Origin: Patescibacteria group bacterium
GTDB lineage: Bacteria; Patescibacteriota; Kazan-3B-28; UBA10110
Direction of reading: 5' to 3'
NCBI GenBank assembly: GCA_016936175.1
Contig: JAFGPN010000003.1
Span: forward strand, 1-58,777
Length of the DNA: 58,777 nt
Under the pieces are notes generated by a model. The model did not search any database and was not told where the DNA came from. It was given only the letters and a program-made list of their open reading frames with translations. Shown here in pieces: positions 19,393 through 28,552 of the stretch (positions are counted from its first letter, which is position 1; every line of letters starts with the position of its first letter). A program made the position numbers and the translations under genes.

Positions 19393-19630
19393 CCCCCGCC
19401 ATCGAAGAAGAGCCCTTGTCTTTCTTATCCCATTGAGCAAATTGCGCTTACTCCCGCCATTGGAGCCCGAGTGTCCCGAATCGATAAAATTAGCGCTGCC
19501 GAAGCTGTTGTCTGAGCCCCGGTATACCGGGACGAGTTCAGCGAGAGGCGGAAAGCTATATTTTATCTGATGAGGAGCGAGGGCGACTGGCGGAAGATTT
19601 TGGTTACTTTTCTCGGAAAAGTAACAATTA
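19393..19630 (-). repeat. ~250-bp structured repeat, copy B
   Basis: About 110 bp nearly identical to copy C (58650-58777). Confidence 0.8.
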
Positions 19631-19745
19631 AGTTAAAGGTTAGAAGGGAAACGGCGCTTCGCTGGATTCTTCGCTACGCTCAGAATGACAGCATATTCAT
19701 TTTTCTGTCTGGACTCCCGCCTGCGCGGGAATGACGACATTGTTA

Positions 19746-20222
19746 TCAGGACGAAATCAATTCAATCTTGCTTCCTACCTCTAATTTATGGGCTGAGGCG
19801 ACACCTGCTGTCAGCTCCAGGACGTACCGAGCTGGGGATTGGTTAATATACTGTTCAAGTTGAGCCAAGGGCACCCCTGGCTCCGGTTGAACATCACTCG
19901 CTATCTCGACTATTCGAAAGTCACTGCCTACCCAGATGATATCAATGGCAAAATTCATATCTGGCATCCAACACGGGTATCTACCATCTTGATCAAAGAT
20001 AAACCACATCCCATCATCAGCCGATAAACTGGCTCGGTTAGATAAGCCCTGCGCCCGTTCTGCCTCCGTATCAGCTACCTCTGCTTTTATCAGATACCCA
20101 TCGGGTAACCGCAGGCCAACTTGGTTGTTTCCCAAGTCAATTACTGTTTTGCCACAACCAGATAAACTTAAAACTGTTATCAATACCACTAGTAAGCGAT
20201 AATTAGACAACCACGAGGTCAT
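19746..20222 (-). CDS. DUF192 family lipoprotein
   Basis: Lipobox LSG-C; EVADT..ERAQGLS, GMWFIF, WMPDMNFAIDIIW, YVLEL. Confidence 0.85.
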   Translation of the reverse strand: MTSWLSNYRLLVVLITVLSLSGCGKTVIDLGNNQVGLRLPDGYLIKAEVADTEAERAQGLSNRASLSADDGMWFIFDQDGRYPCWMPDMNFAIDIIWVGSDFRIVEIASDVQPEPGVPLAQLEQYINQSPARYVLELTAGVASAHKLEVGSKIELISS

Positions 20223-23222
20223 TTACTTTTTCTTTAAGCCCAAACTAACCGGGTGATTATTCAGCTTAATCTCTGACTTTGCCAATTTAGCATCCGCTTT
20301 AATCTCAGTTGCCAAGATTTCGCCCTGAATGTATTCAGCAAATTTGGTCAGAGTTTTTTTAATTAATTCATCCGAAGAAGAATAAAACAACTCTATTCTA
20401 TCCGACAACGCCAACCCAGACTCTTTACGCATAGTTTGCACCGCCCGAACTATCTCACGAGCTAATCCTTCGGCTTCTAACGCTGGGGTTAACTTGGTAT
20501 CCAACTGGTTAGCGGCCGCTTCGAACTGAATCTTTTTTACGTTTAATTCGTCTGCTATCAAGGCGGCCAATTCGTCGCCTAACTTTTTTTCTTTTGTCTG
20601 CATTAAAGCCAGCGGTTGCCGCACTTTTATCTTAGCCTCCTCCCTTAACGCGTGCCCAGCCTCTACCACCCTGCGGGCAGCTGCCATCTGGACTAACAGC
20701 TTACTGTCTGGCTCCGTCGCTTTTGGCCAATCTGTTAAATGAACCGATGGGGGATTAGCATCAGTTTTGATTGCTCCATACACCATCTCGGCGAACATTG
20801 GCATAAAGGGCGCCAGGATTAGCGAAGTTGAACGCAAAACCTGGTAGAGAGTTTGATAAGCCTGTTGTTTGTCTGCTGTATCCTCGTTTTTCCAAAACCG
20901 CTTACGACTTCGACGAACATACCAGTTAGAGGTGTCGTCAACTAATTTTTCAATCGCCAAACCAGCGTTCATCATATCGTAAACTTCCAGGCGCGCGGTT
21001 ACATCAGTAATCACTTCGTTTACTCGAGCCAACATCCACCGATCAAGCAGGTTTTTGGGCTTAGCGATTTTGGCGTTGGGTTGCCAGCCATCTAAATTAG
21101 CATAAGTGGTAAAGAAAAATAAAGTATTCCATAACGTTAAAACTAATCGGCGGGTAACTTGCTTTAACTCATTTTCGTCAAAACTTTTGGGTAACGCTGG
21201 TTGATTGATGGTACACAAATGCCAACGCAGCACGTCCGAGCCATATTTATTAAAGATATCCCACGGATCCACCATATTACCCTTCGACTTGCTCATCTTC
21301 TTACCGTGCTTATCCATAATGTGGCCGTTCACCAGCACATTTTTATAAGGAGCCCCCTTGTCCAACAAGGTGGAGATGGCCATTAGCGTATAAAACCAGC
21401 CTCGAGTCTGATCGATGCCCTCGGCAATAAAATCGGCTGGGAAAGCGGTCGCAGACCGTCCCGGTTTACCGGGAATACCGTCTATCCGCTCCTTATTTTC
21501 GAAGGGATAGTGCCACTGGGCAAACGGCATCGAGCCACTGTCGAACCAGACATCAATCACCTCCGGCACCCGGGTATATTCCTTGCCATCTTTAACCAGA
21601 ACAATCTCATCGACAAATGGTTTGTGCGGATTAAATTGTTTCTTGTCATCCCAAACTCGTTTCGGGATCTTTTTATTAGATTCTGAACCAAGTTCAGAAT
21701 GACCGGTAACGAGTTTGGGATCTTTGGCTAACGATTTGAGCTCTTCAAAACTACCGATACAGATATAGTCATCGCCATTTCGCCATAGTGGCAACGGCGT
21801 GCCCCAATATCGATCTCGCGAGATAGCCCAATCCTTAACTTCTTTTAGCCATTCGCCGAAGCGACCTTCTTTAATATGTTCTGGAATCCAATTAACGGTT
21901 TGATTATTAGCAATTAATTTATCTCTTAACTGCGACATCTTGATAAACCATGAGTGCATAGCATAGTACAACAGTGCCGTATCGCATCGCCAACAAAACG
22001 GATACTCGTGTTTGTATGGCAAGGCTTTAAACAACAATCCCCGTTTTTCTAAATCAGCGACAATCCCCTGCTCTACCTCGGGATCTTTAACGTACTTGCC
22101 GGCCCACTTTTCTACCCCGGGTAAGAACTTCCCTTCAAGAGAAACGGTGTGTACCTTCGGTAAATTAACCTGCTCTCCGAGCTGATAATCATCTTCTCCG
22201 TACATCACAGCGGTATGGACTACACCGGTCCCATCCTCGGTGGTAACAAAGTCGGCCGGATAGATTTTAAACGCATTGCCAAAATTTTCCACCGTGTCAG
22301 AGATCGAGCCCGGAAACAACGGCTCGTATTCTTTGCCAACTAAATTCTTGCCGGTAAACGTTTGAATTATCTTAGGCGCTTTATCAAAGACTTTCTCTAA
22401 TAAGTCTTTGGCTAAGATTACCTCGTCCGTGCCATCTTTTACTTTTACATATTTAATCTTGGCATCAACCGCCAAGGCCACATTGCCCGGCAGAGTCCAT
22501 GGCGTAGTTGTCCAAGCCAAAATATATACATTATTCTGACCCGCTGACCCGCTATCCCGCTGACCCGCTGTTTTAAGTTTAAACTTTACATAAATCGAGG
22601 TGTCTTCTACTTCTTTATAACCTTGCGCTACTTCATGGCTGGATAGAGCCGTGCCACAGCGCGGACAGTAGTGCACTACTTTGTGCCCCCGGTAGAGCAA
22701 CCCTTTATCCCAAACCTGTTTTATAATCCACCAGACTGATTCGATATAGTTAGGGTCATAGGTAATGTAGGGGTGCTCCAAGTCCAACCAAAAGCCGCTC
22801 CGGCGGGTAAACTCCTCCCAATCTTTTTTGTACTCCCAGACACTATTTTTAGCCTGCTCGTTGAACTCTGCTACCCCGTATTTTTCGATAGCCTGCTTGT
22901 TCTTGAGCCCCAGTTTTTTCTCGATGGCTATCTCCACCGGCAATCCATGGGTGTCCCAGCCTGCTTTCCGTTCTACCAAAAAACCCTGCATCGTCTTAAA
23001 CCGCGGGAAGATATCTTTAAAATAGCGGGCTATCAAGTGATGCAGACCCGGCTTAGCATTGGCAGTTGGTGGCCCCTCAAAAAAAACATACCGTTTGCCC
23101 TGAGCTTGTCGAAGGGCTAAACTTTTTTCGAAGATCTTAGTTTTATCCCAAAGTTCCAGAACTGCTTCTTCTTGTTCTGGCAGATTTAAATTGGAACTAA
23201 TTTTTTTGAACTGAGCCATCAC
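20223..23222 (-). CDS. ileS: Isoleucyl-tRNA synthetase, type 2
   Basis: EGPPTAN, GWDTHGLP, WTTTPWTLP, KMSKS; long type-2 C-terminus. Confidence 0.97.
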   Translation of the reverse strand: MMAQFKKISSNLNLPEQEEAVLELWDKTKIFEKSLALRQAQGKRYVFFEGPPTANAKPGLHHLIARYFKDIFPRFKTMQGFLVERKAGWDTHGLPVEIAIEKKLGLKNKQAIEKYGVAEFNEQAKNSVWEYKKDWEEFTRRSGFWLDLEHPYITYDPNYIESVWWIIKQVWDKGLLYRGHKVVHYCPRCGTALSSHEVAQGYKEVEDTSIYVKFKLKTAGQRDSGSAGQNNVYILAWTTTPWTLPGNVALAVDAKIKYVKVKDGTDEVILAKDLLEKVFDKAPKIIQTFTGKNLVGKEYEPLFPGSISDTVENFGNAFKIYPADFVTTEDGTGVVHTAVMYGEDDYQLGEQVNLPKVHTVSLEGKFLPGVEKWAGKYVKDPEVEQGIVADLEKRGLLFKALPYKHEYPFCWRCDTALLYYAMHSWFIKMSQLRDKLIANNQTVNWIPEHIKEGRFGEWLKEVKDWAISRDRYWGTPLPLWRNGDDYICIGSFEELKSLAKDPKLVTGHSELGSESNKKIPKRVWDDKKQFNPHKPFVDEIVLVKDGKEYTRVPEVIDVWFDSGSMPFAQWHYPFENKERIDGIPGKPGRSATAFPADFIAEGIDQTRGWFYTLMAISTLLDKGAPYKNVLVNGHIMDKHGKKMSKSKGNMVDPWDIFNKYGSDVLRWHLCTINQPALPKSFDENELKQVTRRLVLTLWNTLFFFTTYANLDGWQPNAKIAKPKNLLDRWMLARVNEVITDVTARLEVYDMMNAGLAIEKLVDDTSNWYVRRSRKRFWKNEDTADKQQAYQTLYQVLRSTSLILAPFMPMFAEMVYGAIKTDANPPSVHLTDWPKATEPDSKLLVQMAAARRVVEAGHALREEAKIKVRQPLALMQTKEKKLGDELAALIADELNVKKIQFEAAANQLDTKLTPALEAEGLAREIVRAVQTMRKESGLALSDRIELFYSSSDELIKKTLTKFAEYIQGEILATEIKADAKLAKSEIKLNNHPVSLGLKKK
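21645..21703. repeat. REP doublet in frame inside ileS
   Basis: GTCATCCC..GGGATCT / AGATTCTGAA..TTCAGAATGAC; compare intergenic 53228-53279. Confidence 0.8.
22536..22570. repeat. 8-bp tandem repeat (CTGACCCG)x4 inside ileS
   Basis: Direct reading; related arrays at 50120-50151 and 54025-54056. Confidence 0.8.
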
Positions 23223-23727
23223 CTCTCCCGGAAATTAAGAACTTGCGGATGCTGCTATCCAGATCTACAAAGTTATCCGCCAGCTCTCTTAATCTACCGG
23301 AAGCGCTCCGGCCAAAAGCCATTACCTCTACGCGCTGTCCTAAACTCCTAAGATGTTCTAACAACGGGATAAAATCTCCGTCGCCTGAGACTATTACCAC
23401 TACATCGATCTTGGGAGCTAAGCGGATGGCGTCCATCGAGATGCCTACATCCCAATCCCCCTTTTTATGGCCACCATAAAACACCTGCAGTTCCTTACTT
23501 TTAACCTCAAAACCAATCTGATCTAACGCATCAAAAAACTTTTGCTCTTCCGGATTTTCTGCCGTAATTACATAAGCAATCGCCCGCACTAGCTTGCGAT
23601 CCCCAACGGCCTCCTTTAAGACTGCCTTAAAGTTAACCTTCTTGTTGTACATCACTCTAGCCGAATGGTAGAGGTTAGACACATCTACCAGAACCCCGAC
23701 ACGTTGATCACTATGTTGAGTAGACAT
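23197..23727 (-). CDS. NYN (LabA/DUF88) domain protein
   Basis: VDVSN, KKGDWDV, SGDGDF. Confidence 0.9.
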   Translation of the reverse strand: MSTQHSDQRVGVLVDVSNLYHSARVMYNKKVNFKAVLKEAVGDRKLVRAIAYVITAENPEEQKFFDALDQIGFEVKSKELQVFYGGHKKGDWDVGISMDAIRLAPKIDVVVIVSGDGDFIPLLEHLRSLGQRVEVMAFGRSASGRLRELADNFVDLDSSIRKFLISGRGDGSVQKN

Positions 23728-23907
23728 CTTGTAATATTAAAAAATACTCTCCCATTATAGCCAAATCCCCCCAGATAGCAACTTTCCGCCCCTGAGGGGG
23801 CGGAGAATGTCTAATGTCGAATTTCTAATTAATAACTAAGGAATTAGGTGATTGGGATTTGGGGCTTAGTTAGACATTAGATATTAGAAATTAGTCATTC
23901 TTGGGAT

Positions 23908-24126
23908 TCAGGTTAATTCGATCAGCTTGTCGCGACTAGTCGCCCCCTTAACCACTCGCAATTTGCTTTTAGCTACCCCTAAATGCTTAGCCAGCAGTTT
24001 AATAACCGCTTCATTGGCCTTTCCGTCCTCTGGAGCCACCGTAACCCGTATTCGATACCCCTCTGGCGTGGCCTCCACCTTATTCTGCTTAGCCTTTGGT
24101 ATAACCCTTGCCTTTATCTTCATCAA
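23908..24126 (-). CDS. DUF167 (YggU-like) protein
   Basis: PEDGKANEAVIKLLAKHLGV, GATSRDK. Confidence 0.9.
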   Translation of the reverse strand: MMKIKARVIPKAKQNKVEATPEGYRIRVTVAPEDGKANEAVIKLLAKHLGVAKSKLRVVKGATSRDKLIELT

Positions 24127-24653
24127 TATTCGATTCCCACACGGGCAAGCTGACCTTTATCAAAATAGTGTTTTACCTTTTTCATCTCGGTTACCAGATC
24201 AGCAATTTTAACAAATTCTTTTAGCGCAGTGTGCCCGGTAACGATTACCTCACCCTTTTTGACTGCCTTTTTAATTAGATTAATGGTTTTAGACAATGGA
24301 ATAAATTTCATCTCTACCGCATCAATAATCTCATCCAGCACTAACACATCATAGTTTTTCTTAGTTATTACATCTTCCAAAAACTTTAAGCCAACCTGGG
24401 CTAATTTTTTATGCTCGCTTGGGCCCGGCTTATCCCAGGTAAAATGAGTTGGCCCAAACTGATGTATCAAAAACAGTGGGGACAATAACTTAGCCGCCTT
24501 CATCTCACCAATATTACTTCTTCCCTTCATCCACTGTAAAAAGATCACCTTTTGCCCCTGTCCGACAGCCCTTAAAGCCAAACCCAAGGCGGCCGTAGTC
24601 TTTCCCTTTCCCATCCCGTAATACAAATGTATATAATGCTCTTTACGCTTCAT
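24123..24653 (-). CDS. cobO: Corrinoid adenosyltransferase, CobA/CobO/BtuR type
   Basis: G.GKGKTTAALGLALRAVGQG, VLDEI, TG, DLVTEM..VKH. Confidence 0.92.
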   Translation of the reverse strand: MKRKEHYIHLYYGMGKGKTTAALGLALRAVGQGQKVIFLQWMKGRSNIGEMKAAKLLSPLFLIHQFGPTHFTWDKPGPSEHKKLAQVGLKFLEDVITKKNYDVLVLDEIIDAVEMKFIPLSKTINLIKKAVKKGEVIVTGHTALKEFVKIADLVTEMKKVKHYFDKGQLARVGIEY

Positions 24654-24764
24654 TAATTTCTAATATCTAATGCCTAATTTCTAGATAAACCCCAATGACC
24701 AAAATCCCAAATAATTAGGACTTGGACATTATTTAGTCATTAGAAATTTGACATTAGAAATTGC

Positions 24765-27551
24765 TTAGCTACATCCGGTGGTAGTGCCGCATTCTCTGCA
24801 AGAGAAACAAGTGCCATTGCGCACCATTAGCGCCCCACAAGTTGGACACGGTGGCGCATATTTTATTCCCAGTTTGCTGTTTGACTCTTCTTGATTAATC
24901 GATAGCACCGGTTGCTCTACTTCTGGTTCGTGATGATAGTTAGTATCCTCGTGTAATAGCTTAGCCGAGACATCAATTAACCCCATCGCTACCTGACGAT
25001 CTAGCGGCAAAAACTCTTTGCCTAGCCATCGCGCAATATAATCTGGCATGGATTTAGCCATCGGGATATCCGGATTATCGGTAATCCCCCAGGGGTCAAA
25101 CCGTAGATTTAACAGCGAATCGATAATTGTATCAGCTCCAACACCTTCTTGGAGCATTTTGGACGATAACCGAGCAATCGTGCCCAACAACCCGTTAACA
25201 ACTGAGCCCTCCTTGCCAGCAGTAACAAAGATCTCGCCCAAATCCCCGCCCTCAAACCGATTGGCGGTTATATAAACCTTATGTCCACCAATCGAAAACT
25301 TGTGGGTTAGCCCAGCTCTGGTCCGAGGCATCTCCCGAGTTCGTGTTGGAATCTGTAGGGGACTCGTGGTGCCATCTTTTCTAGTTGTAAGCGGCTGCGA
25401 AGACTTACTGCCATCTCGATAGACCGCCAGAGCTTTTAGGCCCTTACGCCAAGACTCCAGGTAGATCTCTTCGATTTCTTCTATCGTCGCTTCGTTGGGC
25501 ATGTTGACGGTTTTACTAATTGCCCCAGACAAGAACGGTTGAACTGCTGCCATCATCTCTACATGAGCTAAGGCCCTGATAAATCTTTCTCCATCACCGC
25601 ATTTATTGGCGCAATCAAAGATTGCCAAATGCTCTTCATGGAGATGGGGCGCGCCCTCGATCTTACCGTTATCCAGCACGTACTGTTTGATTAGTGCAAT
25701 CTCATCAGCACCATAGCCCAAATACTTTAACGCTGGCTCTACCGATTGATTGACAATTGAGTAACCGCCACCACCAGCCAACTTTTTATATTTTACTAAT
25801 GCAAAGTCTGGTTCTATCCCAGTAGTATCGACATCCATTAACGGCCCAATCGTGCCCGTGGGGGCCAATAGGCTTACCTGAGCATTACGATAGCCATGTT
25901 TTTGCCCTAACTCTAAGGCTCTGTCCCAATCCTCCGTTACAGCGGTTTTTAAATAGTCAGGTAGCTGGCTTAATTCCTTGGCCGCCTGGTGATGTAATCG
26001 AATTACATCCAACATACTATCGCGATTAAGCGTGAACTCAGAGAATGCGCCAACCCTGCTAGCGATCTCCGCCGAAAAAGCATAGGCATGACCGGTCATA
26101 ATAGCGGAGATAGCCGCCGCTAAACTTCTGCCCTCTGCGCTATCGTAGGGCAGACCCATCTGCATTAAATAGGCACCAAGATCGGCATAACCCAATCCTA
26201 AAGTACGGAACTTGTGCGAATTAAGCGCCATGTCCGGGTACGGGTAAGAGGCAAAATCAATGATTATCTCTTGCGCTAAGATAAATATCTCGACAGCATG
26301 ACGAAACGCTTCAACATCAAATTCGCCACCCGCTTTTACAAATTGGGTTAATCTAATCGATGCCAAGTTACAAGCAGTATCATCTAAGAACATATACTCA
26401 CTGCAGGGATTGCTGGCGTTAATCCGACCGGACATCTTGCAAGTATGCCACTTATTGATGGTGGTATCGTATTGCATTCCCGGATCTGCGCACCGCCACG
26501 CCGATTCCGCTACCATTTTCATCAGATCTCTGGCTTGATAGGTACGATGCACCTCTCCGGTTGTCCTAAATTTAGTTTGCCAAGTGCCGCCCGAGAGGTA
26601 GGCTTGCATAAATTCATCGGTTACTCGAACAGAGTTATTGGCGTTCTGTCCGGTTATGGTATGGTAAGCCTCGCCGTTAAAATCCGAATCATAACCGGCC
26701 TGAATTAAGGCAAAGGCCTTGTCTTCTTCTCGGGCTTTTAATTTGATAAAGTCTTCAATCTCGGGGTGGTCAGCATCTAAAATCACCATCTTGGCCGCCC
26801 GTCTAGTAGTTCCACCGGACTTAGTTGCACCAGCGCCCGCATCAAACACCCTCAAAAATGATAACAATCCAGATGAGGTACCCCCGTTAGACAGTTGCTC
26901 ATATTTAGATCTAAGATTAGAAAAATTAGTTCCGGTACCGGAGCCGTATTTAAATAACCTGGATTCTCGTTTTACCAATTCAAAGATATCTTCTAATGAG
27001 TCGTCAATCGCCTGAATAAAACAAGCGCTACACTGAGGATGTTGATACGCGCCCGAGCTTAGCTCTACTTGATTAGTTTCGACATTGTAATAAAAGTTTT
27101 CGGTCGGCTTGTTAAGACCATAGCTCTGCCATAGCCCCACGTTAAACCACACCGGAGAATTAAAGGCGCCCTTTTGGTGGAGCAAGATATAGCTTAGCTC
27201 ATCTCTAAATATCTTGGATTCTTCTAAGGTCTCAAAATATCCCAACTCTTCACCCGCTTGAGTCAGTGCATTAGCTACCCGATCGATTAACTGTTTAACA
27301 CTAGTTTCACGGCCTTCGGGTGTGGGAATCCCCCGCTTTCTTAAATATTTATAAGCGGCGATGTTAACCGCAGTGTCCGACCAAAAATCTGGCGCCTCCA
27401 CCTCGACATCGATCAGCGCTTTTTCTTCTTTGGCGTCATAGATATAGGCCCGCCGTTTATTCCATTTTACCCCAGCAAAGATATCATCGCCGTCGTTAGT
27501 AAAATATCTCTTCACCAGGTCGCGACCAGTGCGGGTTTTAGTCAGTGCCAT
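24765..27551 (-). CDS. nrdJ: Class II (B12-dependent) ribonucleotide reductase
   Basis: FNSPVWFN, CSACFI, NPCSE, CNLAS, APTGTI; TSCPD-like C-terminal domain and zinc ribbon; no N-terminal ATP cone. Confidence 0.95.
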   Translation of the reverse strand: MALTKTRTGRDLVKRYFTNDGDDIFAGVKWNKRRAYIYDAKEEKALIDVEVEAPDFWSDTAVNIAAYKYLRKRGIPTPEGRETSVKQLIDRVANALTQAGEELGYFETLEESKIFRDELSYILLHQKGAFNSPVWFNVGLWQSYGLNKPTENFYYNVETNQVELSSGAYQHPQCSACFIQAIDDSLEDIFELVKRESRLFKYGSGTGTNFSNLRSKYEQLSNGGTSSGLLSFLRVFDAGAGATKSGGTTRRAAKMVILDADHPEIEDFIKLKAREEDKAFALIQAGYDSDFNGEAYHTITGQNANNSVRVTDEFMQAYLSGGTWQTKFRTTGEVHRTYQARDLMKMVAESAWRCADPGMQYDTTINKWHTCKMSGRINASNPCSEYMFLDDTACNLASIRLTQFVKAGGEFDVEAFRHAVEIFILAQEIIIDFASYPYPDMALNSHKFRTLGLGYADLGAYLMQMGLPYDSAEGRSLAAAISAIMTGHAYAFSAEIASRVGAFSEFTLNRDSMLDVIRLHHQAAKELSQLPDYLKTAVTEDWDRALELGQKHGYRNAQVSLLAPTGTIGPLMDVDTTGIEPDFALVKYKKLAGGGGYSIVNQSVEPALKYLGYGADEIALIKQYVLDNGKIEGAPHLHEEHLAIFDCANKCGDGERFIRALAHVEMMAAVQPFLSGAISKTVNMPNEATIEEIEEIYLESWRKGLKALAVYRDGSKSSQPLTTRKDGTTSPLQIPTRTREMPRTRAGLTHKFSIGGHKVYITANRFEGGDLGEIFVTAGKEGSVVNGLLGTIARLSSKMLQEGVGADTIIDSLLNLRFDPWGITDNPDIPMAKSMPDYIARWLGKEFLPLDRQVAMGLIDVSAKLLHEDTNYHHEPEVEQPVLSINQEESNSKLGIKYAPPCPTCGALMVRNGTCFSCRECGTTTGCS

Positions 27552-27574
27552 CGTACTGCTCCTTTCTTCTTGGT

Positions 27575-27800
27575 GTCATTCTGAACTCGTTTCAGAATCT
27601 TTCTGATTCGAGATCCTGAAATAAATTCAGGATGACATTAAATTATTTAATAAATTGTTTAATTATCCTTATTGTCATTCCGACCTCTCCTCTTTGTCAT
27701 TCTGACCTCTCCTCTTTGTCATTCTGAGTGAAACGAAGAATCTATAAATATTCTTATATCCTTCGTCCCGACTCGTCTGGGCTCGAGGACGACAAGTCGA
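27575..27800. repeat. Cluster of GTCAT-family REP palindromes, with a direct duplication
   Basis: GTCATTCTGAA..CAGAATCT, GATCCTGAA..CAGGATGAC, and (GTCATTCYGACCTCTCCTCTTT)x2. Confidence 0.8.
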
Positions 27801-28253
27801 TCATTGATTGACTAACTTTTTAATCTCGGCTTGAAAATCGGTCACATCTACAAACTCGCGATAAACCGAAGCAAACCGAATATAAGCTACTTTATCTACT
27901 TTTTTGATGCCGGCTAAAACAATCTCTCCAATCTGACAGCTGGTGACCTCGGAATCATACTGCTCCATAATGTCGCGCACGATCCGATTAACTAAATTTT
28001 CGATAACGTTTTGGCTAATGCTAAGTTTTTCAAATGCTTTGTAAACTCCGCGCGCCAACTTATCTCGATCAAAATTTTCGCGGGATCCATTTTTCTTAAC
28101 TACCAACAAATTAGGCGATTCGATTCGTTCGTACGTAGTAAATCGATGGTGGCATCTATCGCATTCGCGCCGCCGCCTTATGCTTAACACATCTTCGATT
28201 TCACGCGAATCAATTACACTCGTTTCCCCTTTTTTACAGGCCGGACACTTCAC
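27801..28253 (-). CDS. nrdR: Transcriptional repressor NrdR
   Basis: CPAC..VIDSR..IRRRREC..C..RFTTYE; ATP cone; AYIRFASVYR. Confidence 0.97.
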   Translation of the reverse strand: MKCPACKKGETSVIDSREIEDVLSIRRRRECDRCHHRFTTYERIESPNLLVVKKNGSRENFDRDKLARGVYKAFEKLSISQNVIENLVNRIVRDIMEQYDSEVTSCQIGEIVLAGIKKVDKVAYIRFASVYREFVDVTDFQAEIKKLVNQ

Positions 28254-28382
28254 CCCGTTAGAAACTTAAAAAATAACTTCTGAAACTTTTGTGATAAAAA
28301 ATTTTGCATATCTTTATTGGTTGATTAGCGAGTAGTAAAAATAATTTACCAATTATTTTTACTACGAGGTTCTAATGGGGTG
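28251..28382. mobile_element. 132-bp inverted-repeat cassette at the nrdR start
   Basis: CACCCCGTTAGAA versus TTCTAATGGGGTG, 12/13 match; the nrdR GTG start is in the left arm; internal 15-bp perfect inverted repeat. Confidence 0.6.
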
Positions 28383-28392
28383 AATAACAAAA

Positions 28393-28440
28393 ACGCAAGA
28401 TGTTGTGTTGCAATTAACAACGTAACACAAAATATGGTGT
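28393..28440. promoter_or_regulatory. Tandem NrdR boxes
   Basis: ACGCAAGATGTTGTGT (28393-28408) and ACACAAAATATGGTGT (28425-28440), 32 bp apart, upstream of nrdR-nrdJ. Confidence 0.8.
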
Positions 28441-28506
28441 CTACCAAACCACTGCTAAAACCCGCTTCCCGACTACTCAAAGCCAAAAATTATCCACTTT
28501 TTCATT

Positions 28507-28535
28507 CAAAAACACCCCCGGCGGGGGTGTTTTTG
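28507..28535 (-). terminator. ftsZ terminator, bidirectional
   Basis: CAAAAACACCCCC-GGC-GGGGGTGTTTTTG. Confidence 0.8.
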
Positions 28536-28552
28536 GCTAAATTAGACCTTAA

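Noticed and set aside
26882-26890. CCCCGTTAG inside nrdJ
   Set aside because: It encodes conserved-looking LSNGG, has no partner arm and is probably chance.
27675-27725. CRISPR-like direct repeat
   Set aside because: Only adjacent copies of a REP fragment with no spacers and no cas genes; no CRISPR array was found anywhere in the window.
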